IMG/VR virus record: IMGVR_UViG_2882828558_000007
Span: 12,097-76,096 of that record
DNA length: 64,000 bases
DNA from: a virus
Lineage: Duplodnaviria; Caudoviricetes
Reading direction: 5' to 3' (one strand)
This document shows positions 8,173 through 18,368 of this stretch, piece by piece (position 1 is the first letter of the stretch; every line of letters starts with the position of its first letter). The notes under the pieces are model-generated. The model was given only the letters and a program-made list of their open reading frames with translations. It was not told where the DNA came from and did not search any database. Both the position numbers and the translations under genes were made by a program.

Positions 8173-9828
8173 TTAGACGGCGAGCGTCAGGGGGCCGTTC
8201 TCGATCGCGCCGCGCACCTCATCCAGCAGCAGCTGGTAGTAGAGGATGTTGCGGTGGGTCGTGATGTTGATCTGTTCCATGATGCCGACCGGCTCGAATT
8301 CGACATTCAGGAACACCTTGCCGTTGGCGTTGACCGTCGGCTCGTTCAGGTCGGACAGCCAGACGCGGCCGCCGAGGATGTCGTCGTTCTTCTGGAAGAC
8401 GCGAAGCGCGGCGTTGCCGTCCTCGATCATCATCTTGAGGTTGGCCTTTGTCAGCTTGCGGTCGACATAGACGAAGTACAGGTCTTCCAGCGCTTCGTTG
8501 ATCATGTCGGCCGTGGCGCGGACGCTGTCGAACTGCCAGATTTCGGTATCCGTCGCGAGGCGCGAGCCCCAGGTGCGCAGGCCGCCACGCTCATTGATAA
8601 CGGTCGAAACCTGCCGCTCGTTGAGGTAGTTGCTGTCGACCGGGTACTGGATCGTGCGCGCAACGCCATCGAGCGTGCGGATGATCTTGTTCGATACCGA
8701 GCCGGACACGCCTTCCGGAGAGGCCACGACGCGAGCGCGAACGCCTGCAAAGACCGGCGCGATCGGAACCGTCACAGGCGTGCCGTTGACGTTCTTGATG
8801 CCCTTGGGGTCGATAATCAGGACGCGGTCGCTGTTGACCGTGTTGCGGAAGCGGACGGCCTCTGCGTTGGTCGAGTTCGGGCCGTGGATGTAGGCACGCG
8901 CGCGGATCTGCGGGCAGATCGTCGCGAGGGCCGAGACGAACGGGCTGGTGACGTCGCCAAGGTTGGCAACAGCCGCCGCGCTCGAGCCGCCGCCACCGGA
9001 GAAGCTGACCGTCGGTGCAGAGATGTAGCCTTCGCCAGGCTCCGAAACGGTAACGCCAGTCACCGGGCCGCCGAGTACCGCCGTCAGGATCGCGCCAGAA
9101 CCACCACCGCCGGAAAGGGTAACGGCAGGAGCGTCGACGTAGCCGGAGCCCTTGTTGCCCATGGTGATGGCCGTGATGGCACCGCCGGAAACCGTCGCTG
9201 TCGCCGTCGCCTGCACGCCGCCAGCCGGAGGCGGAGCGATCGTGATCGTCGGAGCCGTCGCGTAGTCGGCACCCGCGTTCGTGATGGTGAGCGACTTGAC
9301 CTTGTGCTTGTTGATGGTCGCGGTCGCGGTGGCATCACCAGTCGAGAACGAAACGGAAGGCGCTGCGGTGTAGTCCGCGCCACCATTCGTCACGGTGACG
9401 GACAGCACGCCGTCTTCGATGTAGGCGCCCGTGTCGCCGGCCGTCACGATGACGCGCGGCTGGACACCCAGGAGCGACTTGGCGCGCAGAGCGGCATAGA
9501 GGCCGGTGCGGGCGGCCGCGTCGCCGATCAGGTTGGCCTGCACGACTGCCGGGTCTTCGTCGTCCTCGACGCGGTTCACGATGACAGTCGAGCCACCCTC
9601 ACCCATCACCGTCAGGACGTCAGCCAGCAGCGTGCCGACCGAGCCAAGCAGCGAGGCAGCAGCCTGGGACGTGACGAGCGTCGGGGTATTGACCGGGAAA
9701 GCCGCAGAATCCGCGTCGGGAGCCGTGCCGTTGACGAACGTCACACCGAAGTTCTGGACGCGCAGAAGCGATGGCGTGTCGGGGCTTTCCCCAAGGTTCA
9801 CGCCATGGAAGTACGATAGGTCAGCCAA
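8173..9828 (-). CDS. Contractile tail sheath protein (P2 gpFI-like) with internal Gly/Thr-rich repeat insertion
   Basis: YFHGV N-terminus, WGSR, F..VR.TAD, FEPVG.MEQI C-terminus. Confidence 0.9.
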   Translation of the reverse strand: MADLSYFHGVNLGESPDTPSLLRVQNFGVTFVNGTAPDADSAAFPVNTPTLVTSQAAASLLGSVGTLLADVLTVMGEGGSTVIVNRVEDDEDPAVVQANLIGDAAARTGLYAALRAKSLLGVQPRVIVTAGDTGAYIEDGVLSVTVTNGGADYTAAPSVSFSTGDATATATINKHKVKSLTITNAGADYATAPTITIAPPPAGGVQATATATVSGGAITAITMGNKGSGYVDAPAVTLSGGGGSGAILTAVLGGPVTGVTVSEPGEGYISAPTVSFSGGGGSSAAAVANLGDVTSPFVSALATICPQIRARAYIHGPNSTNAEAVRFRNTVNSDRVLIIDPKGIKNVNGTPVTVPIAPVFAGVRARVVASPEGVSGSVSNKIIRTLDGVARTIQYPVDSNYLNERQVSTVINERGGLRTWGSRLATDTEIWQFDSVRATADMINEALEDLYFVYVDRKLTKANLKMMIEDGNAALRVFQKNDDILGGRVWLSDLNEPTVNANGKVFLNVEFEPVGIMEQINITTHRNILYYQLLLDEVRGAIENGPLTLAV

Positions 9829-10052
9829 TGCGGCCTCCTTTAGGATGTGGTTGGGTGGTTTGTGGTGGTGGGGTTAGGGGCCCGCTTCTCAATCGCGGGT
9901 GGTGAGATGTTCGGCTTAATGTGGGAGAGTAGAAAAGCCGATCAGTAATTTAGAGCCCGACCTTGGCGGGTGTGGTGCAGTCAATCACGATATATGATTG
10001 TATGATCACTCGACGCCACCTTGTTGGGTATGGCAAACGTTAGGGACCACGC

Positions 10053-11543
10053 ATGGAAGGTGATTACGTACACAATGCGCAGATCCATACGTCACACGCA
10101 CGGTTGAGCAGAACGCTAGCGAAGGCTTCACTCGTTTTGCCGTCTATCGTGATGGCGGTTGTTATTGCGGGAGAGGTCCCGATCATCGGGAAAGACGCGC
10201 AATATTACCTCCAGTCCGGCAGTCTTTGGGCTGAAGGGAAAGTATCTTATGCCGGCAGCCATATTGGCACGCGAATTTTCCCGGTGCTCTATTACTACTT
10301 TTTTGAATGGGCTCTCGGCCCCTCGATCGACAGCGTCTCAATCGCGCTCGGCGTTCTGTTTCTCGCATTTTGCGGTGCTGCGGCATGGCTCTGCTATGAC
10401 GGTTTAAGATCAGAGAAATTGCGGGCCGTCGCCTTCCTGACAATCATCGCGATTGGTTTCGTCTGGATCGACTGGAGAAGACCGCAAACCGAGCCGTTCA
10501 TCGTTATTCTCGTCCTGCTTGGCCTCGTCCTAGTCCAGAAAGCATTCCGAGCACCGAACCCATCCGGTCAATGCAGTTTGCTCTGCCTCGCTGCCCTCAT
10601 GTGCGGAATCGGTCTCGGGTTCAGGACTGAGACGCTGATCCTTCTCATATCCATCATATTGGTCTGGGTCGCGGCGGGCGTAGCAAGGCAGACCAAAGTC
10701 AACGCGATATTGGCGTCGGCCGCTATGGTCTTCTCCTTCATTGGTGGTTCTTACGTGCCGGGCCTGGCTTTTCGTGCGCTGTCCGGTCAGCCAATGCCAC
10801 AGCAACTTACCGGATACTTTGTGTTCTTCCATCCTGTTGAAGCATTTGGCAACGCTTCGTTCGGTCCAGCGTCCGCCGAGCTTGCCAAGCTTGGAGCGGA
10901 GCTTCTTTCCCATGCCCCTCGCCGCATCGACATAGAACCGATCCGTCTAGGCTTGTCGGGAGCCTACAATTCCAGAGGGCCGAAGTACGCTTCCGATCTT
11001 TACTTGAGAGCCGGACTTGAGACCATTACGGCCACACCTAGAGCGGTAATCGCGGATACGGCTTCGACTGCTCTCGCCTATCTGGCCACGCGGCCTGGAA
11101 CATACAGGGTCGATAAGGACGATGTCGCCATGGCCGACACACGTGAAAGACTGGCCGAGATTGATGGCGAGCGTCTTGAGCAAGCGAAGTGGCGCTTCCT
11201 CGGTGACTTCAGCTGGCCCACCGCGACAATCGTCGACAATCGAACGTCCGCACGGCCGGTCCTCGAAGGAATCGAAACCCCTTATCTAACCTTTTCAATT
11301 CCAGCGTGGGCAGTCGCAGCTCTGACCGCCGTCGCATTGATAGTCTCGCTCAAATCAGCCCAAGCGCCGTGGGTCATAGCAGTAGCGGCATTGTTCTATA
11401 TCGGATCTGTCATGGCCGCTGCATTCACTCAAGGTTTCGTTGACCGCTATTGGCTTGCCGCGAGCTTACCATTGATGGCCGCGATCGTTCTCGGCATACT
11501 CAAAACGAATGATCGTCTTCCGGTCACACAAATTTCGAGCTAA
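10053..11543 (+). CDS. Polytopic membrane glycosyltransferase, GT-C fold (ArnT/PMT-like), moron
   Basis: About 11-13 TM segments, D..YY after TM1, large periplasmic loop; opposite strand to tail genes. Confidence 0.6.
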   Translation: MEGDYVHNAQIHTSHARLSRTLAKASLVLPSIVMAVVIAGEVPIIGKDAQYYLQSGSLWAEGKVSYAGSHIGTRIFPVLYYYFFEWALGPSIDSVSIALGVLFLAFCGAAAWLCYDGLRSEKLRAVAFLTIIAIGFVWIDWRRPQTEPFIVILVLLGLVLVQKAFRAPNPSGQCSLLCLAALMCGIGLGFRTETLILLISIILVWVAAGVARQTKVNAILASAAMVFSFIGGSYVPGLAFRALSGQPMPQQLTGYFVFFHPVEAFGNASFGPASAELAKLGAELLSHAPRRIDIEPIRLGLSGAYNSRGPKYASDLYLRAGLETITATPRAVIADTASTALAYLATRPGTYRVDKDDVAMADTRERLAEIDGERLEQAKWRFLGDFSWPTATIVDNRTSARPVLEGIETPYLTFSIPAWAVAALTAVALIVSLKSAQAPWVIAVAALFYIGSVMAAAFTQGFVDRYWLAASLPLMAAIVLGILKTNDRLPVTQISS

Positions 11544-11561
11544 GAGGCAGATAATTAGAGA

Positions 11562-11939
11562 ATGTCGGCCTCAACTATGAAAACTGGATACCTTTCAATG
11601 ATTGCCCAGCTTCTGATCATTGCGTTGGTGGCGACTGCTGCGCAAATTGCCATGAAGTTTGCAGCAGAGGCGTGGGCGGCAACAGGATCGATCTTTTCTA
11701 CGAAAGTTTTGACCCTATTCGCAGTCGCAACCGGCATAGCGATTGCAGGGCAACTTCTGTGGTTTTTCGTTCTTAGGACGACACCACTATCAACTGGGTA
11801 CATATTCCTGTCTTTGGTTTTCGTGTTGGTTCCGCTGTCAGCTTTCCTCTTTTTCGGTGAGAAGATGACAACGGCTCACATAATAAGCACATCATTTATC
11901 GTCGCCGGCATCATCGCCGTCGGCTTCGGGTCGGAGTGA
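11562..11939 (+). CDS. 4-TM EamA/SMR-type transporter (ArnE/ArnF flippase-like)
   Basis: W...LR..PLS.GY...SL..V.V...A...FGE pattern. Confidence 0.7.
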   Translation: MSASTMKTGYLSMIAQLLIIALVATAAQIAMKFAAEAWAATGSIFSTKVLTLFAVATGIAIAGQLLWFFVLRTTPLSTGYIFLSLVFVLVPLSAFLFFGEKMTTAHIISTSFIVAGIIAVGFGSE

Positions 11940-11945
11940 ATCAAG

Positions 11946-12698
11946 ATGGCCGCTGAAAACGTTCAAAAGGCCCATTATGAGGCTATGCACGACGACTATG
12001 AGCGCCATTACTACGATGCAACCTCGCTCGACTATCGGCGCCGATTTATCTTCAAGCCCGCGCTGAAAGGCCTTGATCTCTCCGGTGCCCGTATTGCCGA
12101 TATCGCGTCTGGAAGTGGATGGAACACGGTCCTGATGAAGGAGTTCGTGCCTACCGCAACATTCCACGGCTTCGATATCTCAGGCCCAGCGTGCCGAGCA
12201 TATCAGACAAACACGGGCTTTCCCGCCACGGAATGCGACCTCTCCGCCTACTCCCACGAAGGAGAGCTTTTCGACGCTGCAATCGTCATCGGTGGCCTAC
12301 ATCATATGGTCAATGATCTGGCCACATCCACCGCAGCAATAGCGGGGATGATTAAGCCCGGTGGTTATTTGATCGCCTATGAGCCCAACGCCGACTTCTT
12401 CCTAAATGTCGCTCGCAAGGCATGGTACAGGGTGGACCGGTACTTCGAGGAAGAAACGGAACGGGCACTTTCTGTCGAGGAATTGAAGTCGTGTTTTAGC
12501 GGCAAGATGGACCTTATGAATGTTCGACCCATTGGTGGGCCCAGCTACATTTCCATTCTGAACAGCCTAGTGCTGCGCATACCTATGGCAGCGAAGAAGC
12601 CCCTTGCCTCGTTGCTTAACGTGGCTGAGGTTGCTTACAACTCACTGCCCGGAAGAGCGCCATTTCCGGCGTTCCTGTCCACGTGGCAACGTCTCTAG
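11946..12698 (+). CDS. Class I SAM-dependent methyltransferase
   Basis: IADIASGSG, GFDIS, FDAAI..GGLHH, IKPGG.L...EPN. Confidence 0.85.
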   Translation: MAAENVQKAHYEAMHDDYERHYYDATSLDYRRRFIFKPALKGLDLSGARIADIASGSGWNTVLMKEFVPTATFHGFDISGPACRAYQTNTGFPATECDLSAYSHEGELFDAAIVIGGLHHMVNDLATSTAAIAGMIKPGGYLIAYEPNADFFLNVARKAWYRVDRYFEEETERALSVEELKSCFSGKMDLMNVRPIGGPSYISILNSLVLRIPMAAKKPLASLLNVAEVAYNSLPGRAPFPAFLSTWQRL

Positions 12699-12704
12699 AT
12701 CGCG

Positions 12705-14063
12705 TTAGATATCCATGATTTCCAGATCGTCTACATAGGCCGTGCCCGTAGCGCCGCCGACGCACTGAACCATGAATGCGGCGCTGGTGTTATATGCCGT
12801 ATCCGTCGCCAATGTCGCCCCATCAAGCTTAATCACAACATTGTCGCCAACCTCGAACGACAATTGATGCCAGCCCGCAGTTCTGTTGACCGCGGTTGTG
12901 ACCCACGACCCATTGCGCAGCCGGTAAACATACTTTGACGAAGAGATGCTTCGAACAAAGCCGACCGTCAGTTGCGCGACCGTTATAGCGTCTGCATCCG
13001 GCACGAGCCGGAAAGTATTCTGCGAACTCGCCGTCGCGTCGAGATCGTCATAGATCCAGACGGAATAGACCTTATCGCGAAAGCCTTTCTTTTCCAGCAT
13101 CCCGGATCCGACGATACGAGCGCCATAATTGCCGGTCTTAGCAACCGTCGATCGCCCAACCGTCCCTGAATACTCGTCCCAGCCGAGAAGGCTGCCGGCG
13201 CCTTGCTCTTGAGCCCAACCAATCCCTTTATACCCGTCGTTGACGGCGTTTCGGCCGGAGTAGAAGAACTCATTTCCGTACAGCGAAGGAGTGGTTACAT
13301 AGTTACTGTCGAACGCGCCTGAAGCCCCATGTGATAATATCGGAACACCAAGCGTCAGGTACGTTCCATCGGTGATCGAAAGGAATGTGTTGTACTTCTG
13401 CGGCTCGACCTGCACCTGTCGAGCGTATGCGATTTCGAAGGCCTCGCCGTTCCACCGCACAGATGGGTAGATGGCCTGCCAGTTCGCAAGCATTGTGAGA
13501 TCGAACCATGCGCTGTCATCGGACTTGTACGCCCAGCCCTTGAACATCCGCATCTCATTGCCGTTCATGCGTGTGACGAAGATCAGAAGCTTGTCCTCGT
13601 CGTGAGGATCATCGATGACGCAAGGAGCATGAGCAGCCGGTGAAGGCATCCCCGAGAGGTACGTCAGCCCATACCAATTGACGAGGTCCGTCGAACGAAT
13701 GACTGCCGCACGATATTGAGGGTTCCTGTCGCTGAAAACGCTGCAATACAGGCTGACTATACCGTCTGCTATACGAGCCGAAAAGGGCGCAAGACCCTGA
13801 TAAGGAGAAACGACAGACTTGTCGATCACCTTGCCCTGCTTGACCCATGAGCCGTTGATGAGCTTCGCGAGACCGATGCTGTTCTGAAGGCGCGGGTTGG
13901 CGCCCACATTCCGAGAGCCGGCATGCGCAATGTAGCGCTCGCCGCCAAACTCAAACGGCACGGCTGCATAGACGAAGTAGTCGTCCCAAGCGCCGGATGC
14001 CCCTCTGTCGATGATCGGCGTCGTTGTCAGACGGTTATAGCCCTTTTCATGGTCAATAATCAT
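12705..14063 (-). CDS. Tail-associated five-bladed beta-propeller glycoside-hydrolase-like protein with C-terminal lectin-like domain
   Basis: Repeated G..GAWD/GAFD blades, SIGLA, W.K.G; ATGA-coupled to tail fibre. Confidence 0.55.
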   Translation of the reverse strand: MIIDHEKGYNRLTTTPIIDRGASGAWDDYFVYAAVPFEFGGERYIAHAGSRNVGANPRLQNSIGLAKLINGSWVKQGKVIDKSVVSPYQGLAPFSARIADGIVSLYCSVFSDRNPQYRAAVIRSTDLVNWYGLTYLSGMPSPAAHAPCVIDDPHDEDKLLIFVTRMNGNEMRMFKGWAYKSDDSAWFDLTMLANWQAIYPSVRWNGEAFEIAYARQVQVEPQKYNTFLSITDGTYLTLGVPILSHGASGAFDSNYVTTPSLYGNEFFYSGRNAVNDGYKGIGWAQEQGAGSLLGWDEYSGTVGRSTVAKTGNYGARIVGSGMLEKKGFRDKVYSVWIYDDLDATASSQNTFRLVPDADAITVAQLTVGFVRSISSSKYVYRLRNGSWVTTAVNRTAGWHQLSFEVGDNVVIKLDGATLATDTAYNTSAAFMVQCVGGATGTAYVDDLEIMDI

Positions 14064-15136
14064 GCTGTCCAATACCTCGCAGAAATAGTGCCGCCGGCCT
14101 GGAATGTGTCTGTTCCGTTTGCAAAGGTTAGGCGCACGCCGGTGAGAACGTCGGATAATTCTTTCTCGGAGACAGTCAGAGTCGTCTTCTGTGCGCCGGA
14201 GTCTGTGCGGCCAGCCCATAGAGTGATGACCCACTTATTGCCGGCATGCTTTCGGAAGGTTGCCCCAACAGTGTAGACTGAAGAAGACGTATTGCTGCCG
14301 GTGATATTGATGTTTGATGTCAAGGATGCGGTCGCCGCGGATGTGGCAGTCATATCAGAAACACCACCAATGGCACCCGTGGTTTCTGGACCACCTGAAT
14401 CTACAAGCTGAAAAACCGGGTTTGATCCTGTGCTTGACCGCAGACCACTGATACTTATGTCGATAAGCTTCGTGGTTGATGGAAATGATAGGTCCTGCGC
14501 CGTCCCGGATAAGGACGCCGCCGCAATTTCCCGCAACCCCAGACCGGCAAGGTCTACATCCCTGTCCGGCATGATGATGTCGCGCTTCTGTCCAGCCGTG
14601 ATTGCAGCCAGATTAAAACCTAGCCGCTTTGTCGGCGCGGCCGACGGCGCCAGCACGGCATCCTGGATCGAGCCGGTCATCACGCCGCCAGATTTATCCA
14701 GCTTTCCGGCAAGCGCACTCGCATCTGCCTTCAGCGCCAAAGCGGCAGTCGTGGCGGCCGCGTCGGCTTTCGTCCCGATCAGCGCAGCCATGGTGGCCGC
14801 GAAGTTCGGATCGTCACCAATGGCCGCAGCGAGCTCGTTGAGCGTGTCCAACGCACCGGGGGCGCTATCCACCAGCGCGTTGAACGCCGCTTTCACGAAG
14901 GCAGTCGTGGCAAGCTGTCCGCTGTCCGTGCCAGGCGCTGCTGTCGGGGCAGTCGGCGTTCCCGTAAAGGCAGGAGACGCCAGACCAGCCTTCGACACAA
15001 TAGCCGCCAGAGCATTCGCAACGTCCACGTCAATGGCCCGCAGGGCGGCAATCAACCGCCCTACGTCGACCTCAAGCGTGTTCCCGACCGCGGGCTCTGG
15101 ATAGCCGCGGTTCGGGGTCGTGTTCTCAGTCACCAT
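14060..15136 (-). CDS. Tail fibre protein
   Basis: ASPAFTGTPTAPT, QLATTAFV, APGALDTLNELAAAIGDDPNFA motifs. Confidence 0.85.
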   Translation of the reverse strand: MVTENTTPNRGYPEPAVGNTLEVDVGRLIAALRAIDVDVANALAAIVSKAGLASPAFTGTPTAPTAAPGTDSGQLATTAFVKAAFNALVDSAPGALDTLNELAAAIGDDPNFAATMAALIGTKADAAATTAALALKADASALAGKLDKSGGVMTGSIQDAVLAPSAAPTKRLGFNLAAITAGQKRDIIMPDRDVDLAGLGLREIAAASLSGTAQDLSFPSTTKLIDISISGLRSSTGSNPVFQLVDSGGPETTGAIGGVSDMTATSAATASLTSNINITGSNTSSSVYTVGATFRKHAGNKWVITLWAGRTDSGAQKTTLTVSEKELSDVLTGVRLTFANGTDTFQAGGTISARYWTA

Positions 15137-15154
15137 CTTGTGGATTCCCAAACG

Positions 15155-18100
15155 TTATGAAGTGAAGGCCCGCAGGTCAGCGACCGAAGGCCGCGCCGCT
15201 GGCGTACCCGTGAGGGTCAGCCGCAGTCGCCCGCCAGTCGGAGCCGCAACGCTTGCCTCGCGGTAAGAGCGCTCAATGAAGCCCATATCGATCGGCGATG
15301 CGGATATCTGGGAAACAGCCGACCAGTCGTCGTCAGTCGCATCCACCTCAACCGTCAGGGCCGAACCAACAGGCAGCTTCGTTGACGCGATAACATCAAG
15401 CTGCATGTCCGCACCGAACGTGAACGCCCGGCTGACATACACACCGTTGGCCTGCATCGTGCCGAGGACAGCCAGGATGTCTCGCCCAACAACCGGAGTG
15501 ACCAGCGGCCCACCCGTCAAGATGGCCCGGATCGTCAGATTGCCAGTGAAGAAGGAAGTTCGCTCCCAGACCTGATCGGGCAGGACCCTAACAGGCGTTT
15601 CCGATCCGAAGACCAGCTCGAAGACAACAGAAGTCGCTTCGGTGGGCAGGAAGACGTTGCTGCGGATAATGACATCCGACACGTCCGTCACGGCATATGT
15701 GCCAAGGTCGACAGTGCGCGACGTCGGATTGAACCTCGCGCAATTGATCTTGAACGTGATGTCCGAATCCTGGTGGACCGTCCAACTGACGGCGTTGCTC
15801 GAACTGAAACGCGTGCCAACCGTATAGGGCTGGGCCGCGATCCACTGCTGGTTAACAGCATCGAAAGCGCCGCGATCGGCAATGCTGATGCTGTGGTCCG
15901 GGTCGTTGGTCTTGACGACGAACGCAAACATCTGGTCGGGGGGCAGGTAGAACGGAACCGGAAACGCGAAGTTCGTCCACGTTCCGGTCAGCACCGACTG
16001 CATATCGACTTCCGTCTGGGCGATGACCTCCGTCGTCGGAAAGCCATTGTCGACCGTGACGAACTCCAGGATTACAGGCTCGGCCCGGTTGCCAATGGCG
16101 CAGAACTTAATGTCCACGCTGCTGACGTGGCGGCCCTGCGTGAAGCTGAAGCTCTGCGCCTGCGGGTCAATCCCGCGCCAGGCGCTGTTGGTGTTGTTAC
16201 TGCTTACGCCGCGACCTGAGTTGCCGCCGGTCTGGAACCGCAGCACCGTCGTGTTGCGCTGGAGCTCGATCGTCTCAAGGCGCCCCTCACCTGTGAAGCT
16301 TGCCGTGCAGACCGTTCCAGAGCCGCCGACAGCGCGAACCAGCTTCGTGCCAGAAGTCACGCCGGCCGGTATCGTGAACGACCCCGTAATGACGCCGCTT
16401 CCATTGGCCACGAGTCCGCCCGGATTGACGTTCACGCCGTCGAACGTCAGTTCGGCGAGCGTTTCACCAGGGCCGAATTGGCTGATCGTGAAGTTGACCG
16501 CAATCTGGCGCAGAAACCGGATAGGCTGCGTTCGCACGTTCTGCAGGACTTCCGTCCGCGTCACTCGCTCCGTGTTGCCTGAGCCGAAGATCTGCGTCTG
16601 CTCGGAAAGCCAAACAGTCTGCCGCTGCGTCCAGAAGTCTTCCGACGGCACAATCCGAAGGATTGCCGGCAGCGGTGCAAACGACTGGTAGGGGTTGATC
16701 TTCACGCAGCCGGAGACGAGCTCCTGACTGACAACCGTTTCTTCGCTGTACGACAGGAACAATGATGATCCCGCGTCGATTTCCTGAAACGCCGCAGAGA
16801 TCGGTATCTGGAACGAGCCGTTAAAGACAGCGCCGTTCTGCGTCACGCCAGCGTCACGGAAATCATCGTTCAGCAACGGGTCGCTGAAAATGCCTGTAGT
16901 CTCTGCCGGCGCGCGCGCATTGATGTCGATCTGCTGTTTTTGAAGCGATACCTGATTAAACAGGTCCAACACGTTGTTATACATGCGATCGATGGCTGAG
17001 AACGGGTACGCCCGGATTGAGTCATTGACCACCACCGGAGTGCCAAACCAGTCATTGTAGATCGTCGCCAGCGACAGGAGGGTCTTTGGCACCTGCGGCG
17101 GCTGCGGCTGTGTCGGAGCCGATAGACCCTTGAGGTAGACGACATTGCCGTCCGCATCCAGGCAAATCCTGTCCGTTCGCGGCAGCTTGTTCGTATAACC
17201 AAGGAATACCGGCTGACCCGTGACACCGCCGGCCACCGAGATCGTCGTTGCCGTGATTGCAGTCGGCGTGACCGCATCGAGGTAGCGGTAGGTCACATTG
17301 TAGGAGGAGGATGTTGCCGGCTCAATGCCGCCGACCAGCCAGTCTACGGAGTCGCCACTGCGCTGATAGTCAACGCCCTGCGTGTACGTCGTTCCGCCCT
17401 GCACGACCGAGATGATCGAGGTGACGCCGTCGTCGGGCAGTAGGTCAGCGCCGTCGGTCACGCCCTTGGTGAGCGTTACAGTGCGCTGCTTGGTGACGAT
17501 GGCCGATGTGACCGAAGACACCGGAGGGCGGCGCACGGTGATTACAGCCGTGCCGCTGCCTCCGTCATCGAAATTGTGCGGTTCGGCATCGATCGTGCCG
17601 GTATCGGGCTCTTCCGTCTCGGCAAAGCGCGATGCCGTCGGACGGTTGCGCTTGAAGCCCATGATGTTGGCGCGGCCCTCGGAAATCGCGAAGATCTGCT
17701 TGCCGGCCTCCAGGCCAAGCGGCGAGACCGTGCACCCGCGCACCACATAGTTCTCATGGGCGTCGTAGTCGTATGTCGCGATCTGCTGCTGAATCCCGGA
17801 CAGGGTCGGCGGGGCGTCCTGCGAAACGATCACGCCGTCGCGAAGCAGAAGGTACGGATAGAACTGCCCTGCTCCGCCGTCGCCTTCAATGGCCCAGGCG
17901 AAACTGACGACAGTGCGCACCGCGCCGGGCTCTCCGTAACTCTCCTCTGCTTCCGGCACGAGACCGAGATAGATATCGTCGTCCTCTGCCGTCACGATGG
18001 TCGTGGTCGAGCGAACGCCGATTTTCACGTCACCAGTCATCGGGACGTCGACGAGCGTGCCCTCCGGCACCTTGCGGCGTGAACCGTCGATGTAGAGTTC

Positions 18101-18361
18101 GCCGGCCGTGATGGTGACTGTTTCGTCTTCGACGTTGACGAGAACGTCAGCACCGTCGATGCGGTCTCCGTCTCGGGCGATCAGGTCGCCGATGCCTTTG
18201 CGCTTCCGCTCCTCGATCGAGAAGGCTTCGTTCAGATCCGCGCCCTGCGACAGGTCGCCCTCGCCCAGGTAGACGCGATCGTTGTTCGGACGTTCGGAAA
18301 TTCGGTCGCGAATCCTCGCAAGATCCGGCCTTTCGACCGGATCAAATACTAGAGTTGTCAT
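15155..18361 (-). CDS. Large tail/baseplate-fibre structural protein (DUF4815-like)
   Basis: 1068 aa beta-rich; LQ..LNE-like N-terminus, LPR.D...L, DPQAQSF; GAGGT RBS. Confidence 0.7.
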   Translation of the reverse strand: MTTLVFDPVERPDLARIRDRISERPNNDRVYLGEGDLSQGADLNEAFSIEERKRKGIGDLIARDGDRIDGADVLVNVEDETVTITAGELYIDGSRRKVPEGTLVDVPMTGDVKIGVRSTTTIVTAEDDDIYLGLVPEAEESYGEPGAVRTVVSFAWAIEGDGGAGQFYPYLLLRDGVIVSQDAPPTLSGIQQQIATYDYDAHENYVVRGCTVSPLGLEAGKQIFAISEGRANIMGFKRNRPTASRFAETEEPDTGTIDAEPHNFDDGGSGTAVITVRRPPVSSVTSAIVTKQRTVTLTKGVTDGADLLPDDGVTSIISVVQGGTTYTQGVDYQRSGDSVDWLVGGIEPATSSSYNVTYRYLDAVTPTAITATTISVAGGVTGQPVFLGYTNKLPRTDRICLDADGNVVYLKGLSAPTQPQPPQVPKTLLSLATIYNDWFGTPVVVNDSIRAYPFSAIDRMYNNVLDLFNQVSLQKQQIDINARAPAETTGIFSDPLLNDDFRDAGVTQNGAVFNGSFQIPISAAFQEIDAGSSLFLSYSEETVVSQELVSGCVKINPYQSFAPLPAILRIVPSEDFWTQRQTVWLSEQTQIFGSGNTERVTRTEVLQNVRTQPIRFLRQIAVNFTISQFGPGETLAELTFDGVNVNPGGLVANGSGVITGSFTIPAGVTSGTKLVRAVGGSGTVCTASFTGEGRLETIELQRNTTVLRFQTGGNSGRGVSSNNTNSAWRGIDPQAQSFSFTQGRHVSSVDIKFCAIGNRAEPVILEFVTVDNGFPTTEVIAQTEVDMQSVLTGTWTNFAFPVPFYLPPDQMFAFVVKTNDPDHSISIADRGAFDAVNQQWIAAQPYTVGTRFSSSNAVSWTVHQDSDITFKINCARFNPTSRTVDLGTYAVTDVSDVIIRSNVFLPTEATSVVFELVFGSETPVRVLPDQVWERTSFFTGNLTIRAILTGGPLVTPVVGRDILAVLGTMQANGVYVSRAFTFGADMQLDVIASTKLPVGSALTVEVDATDDDWSAVSQISASPIDMGFIERSYREASVAAPTGGRLRLTLTGTPAARPSVADLRAFTS

Positions 18362-18368
18362 AATGACC

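Noticed and set aside
8254-9819. Long plus-strand ORFs opposite sheath, capsid, protease and tape-measure genes (also 25415-26476, 26827-27960, 6155-7093)
   Set aside because: Shadow ORFs produced by GC-rich codon bias of the real minus-strand genes
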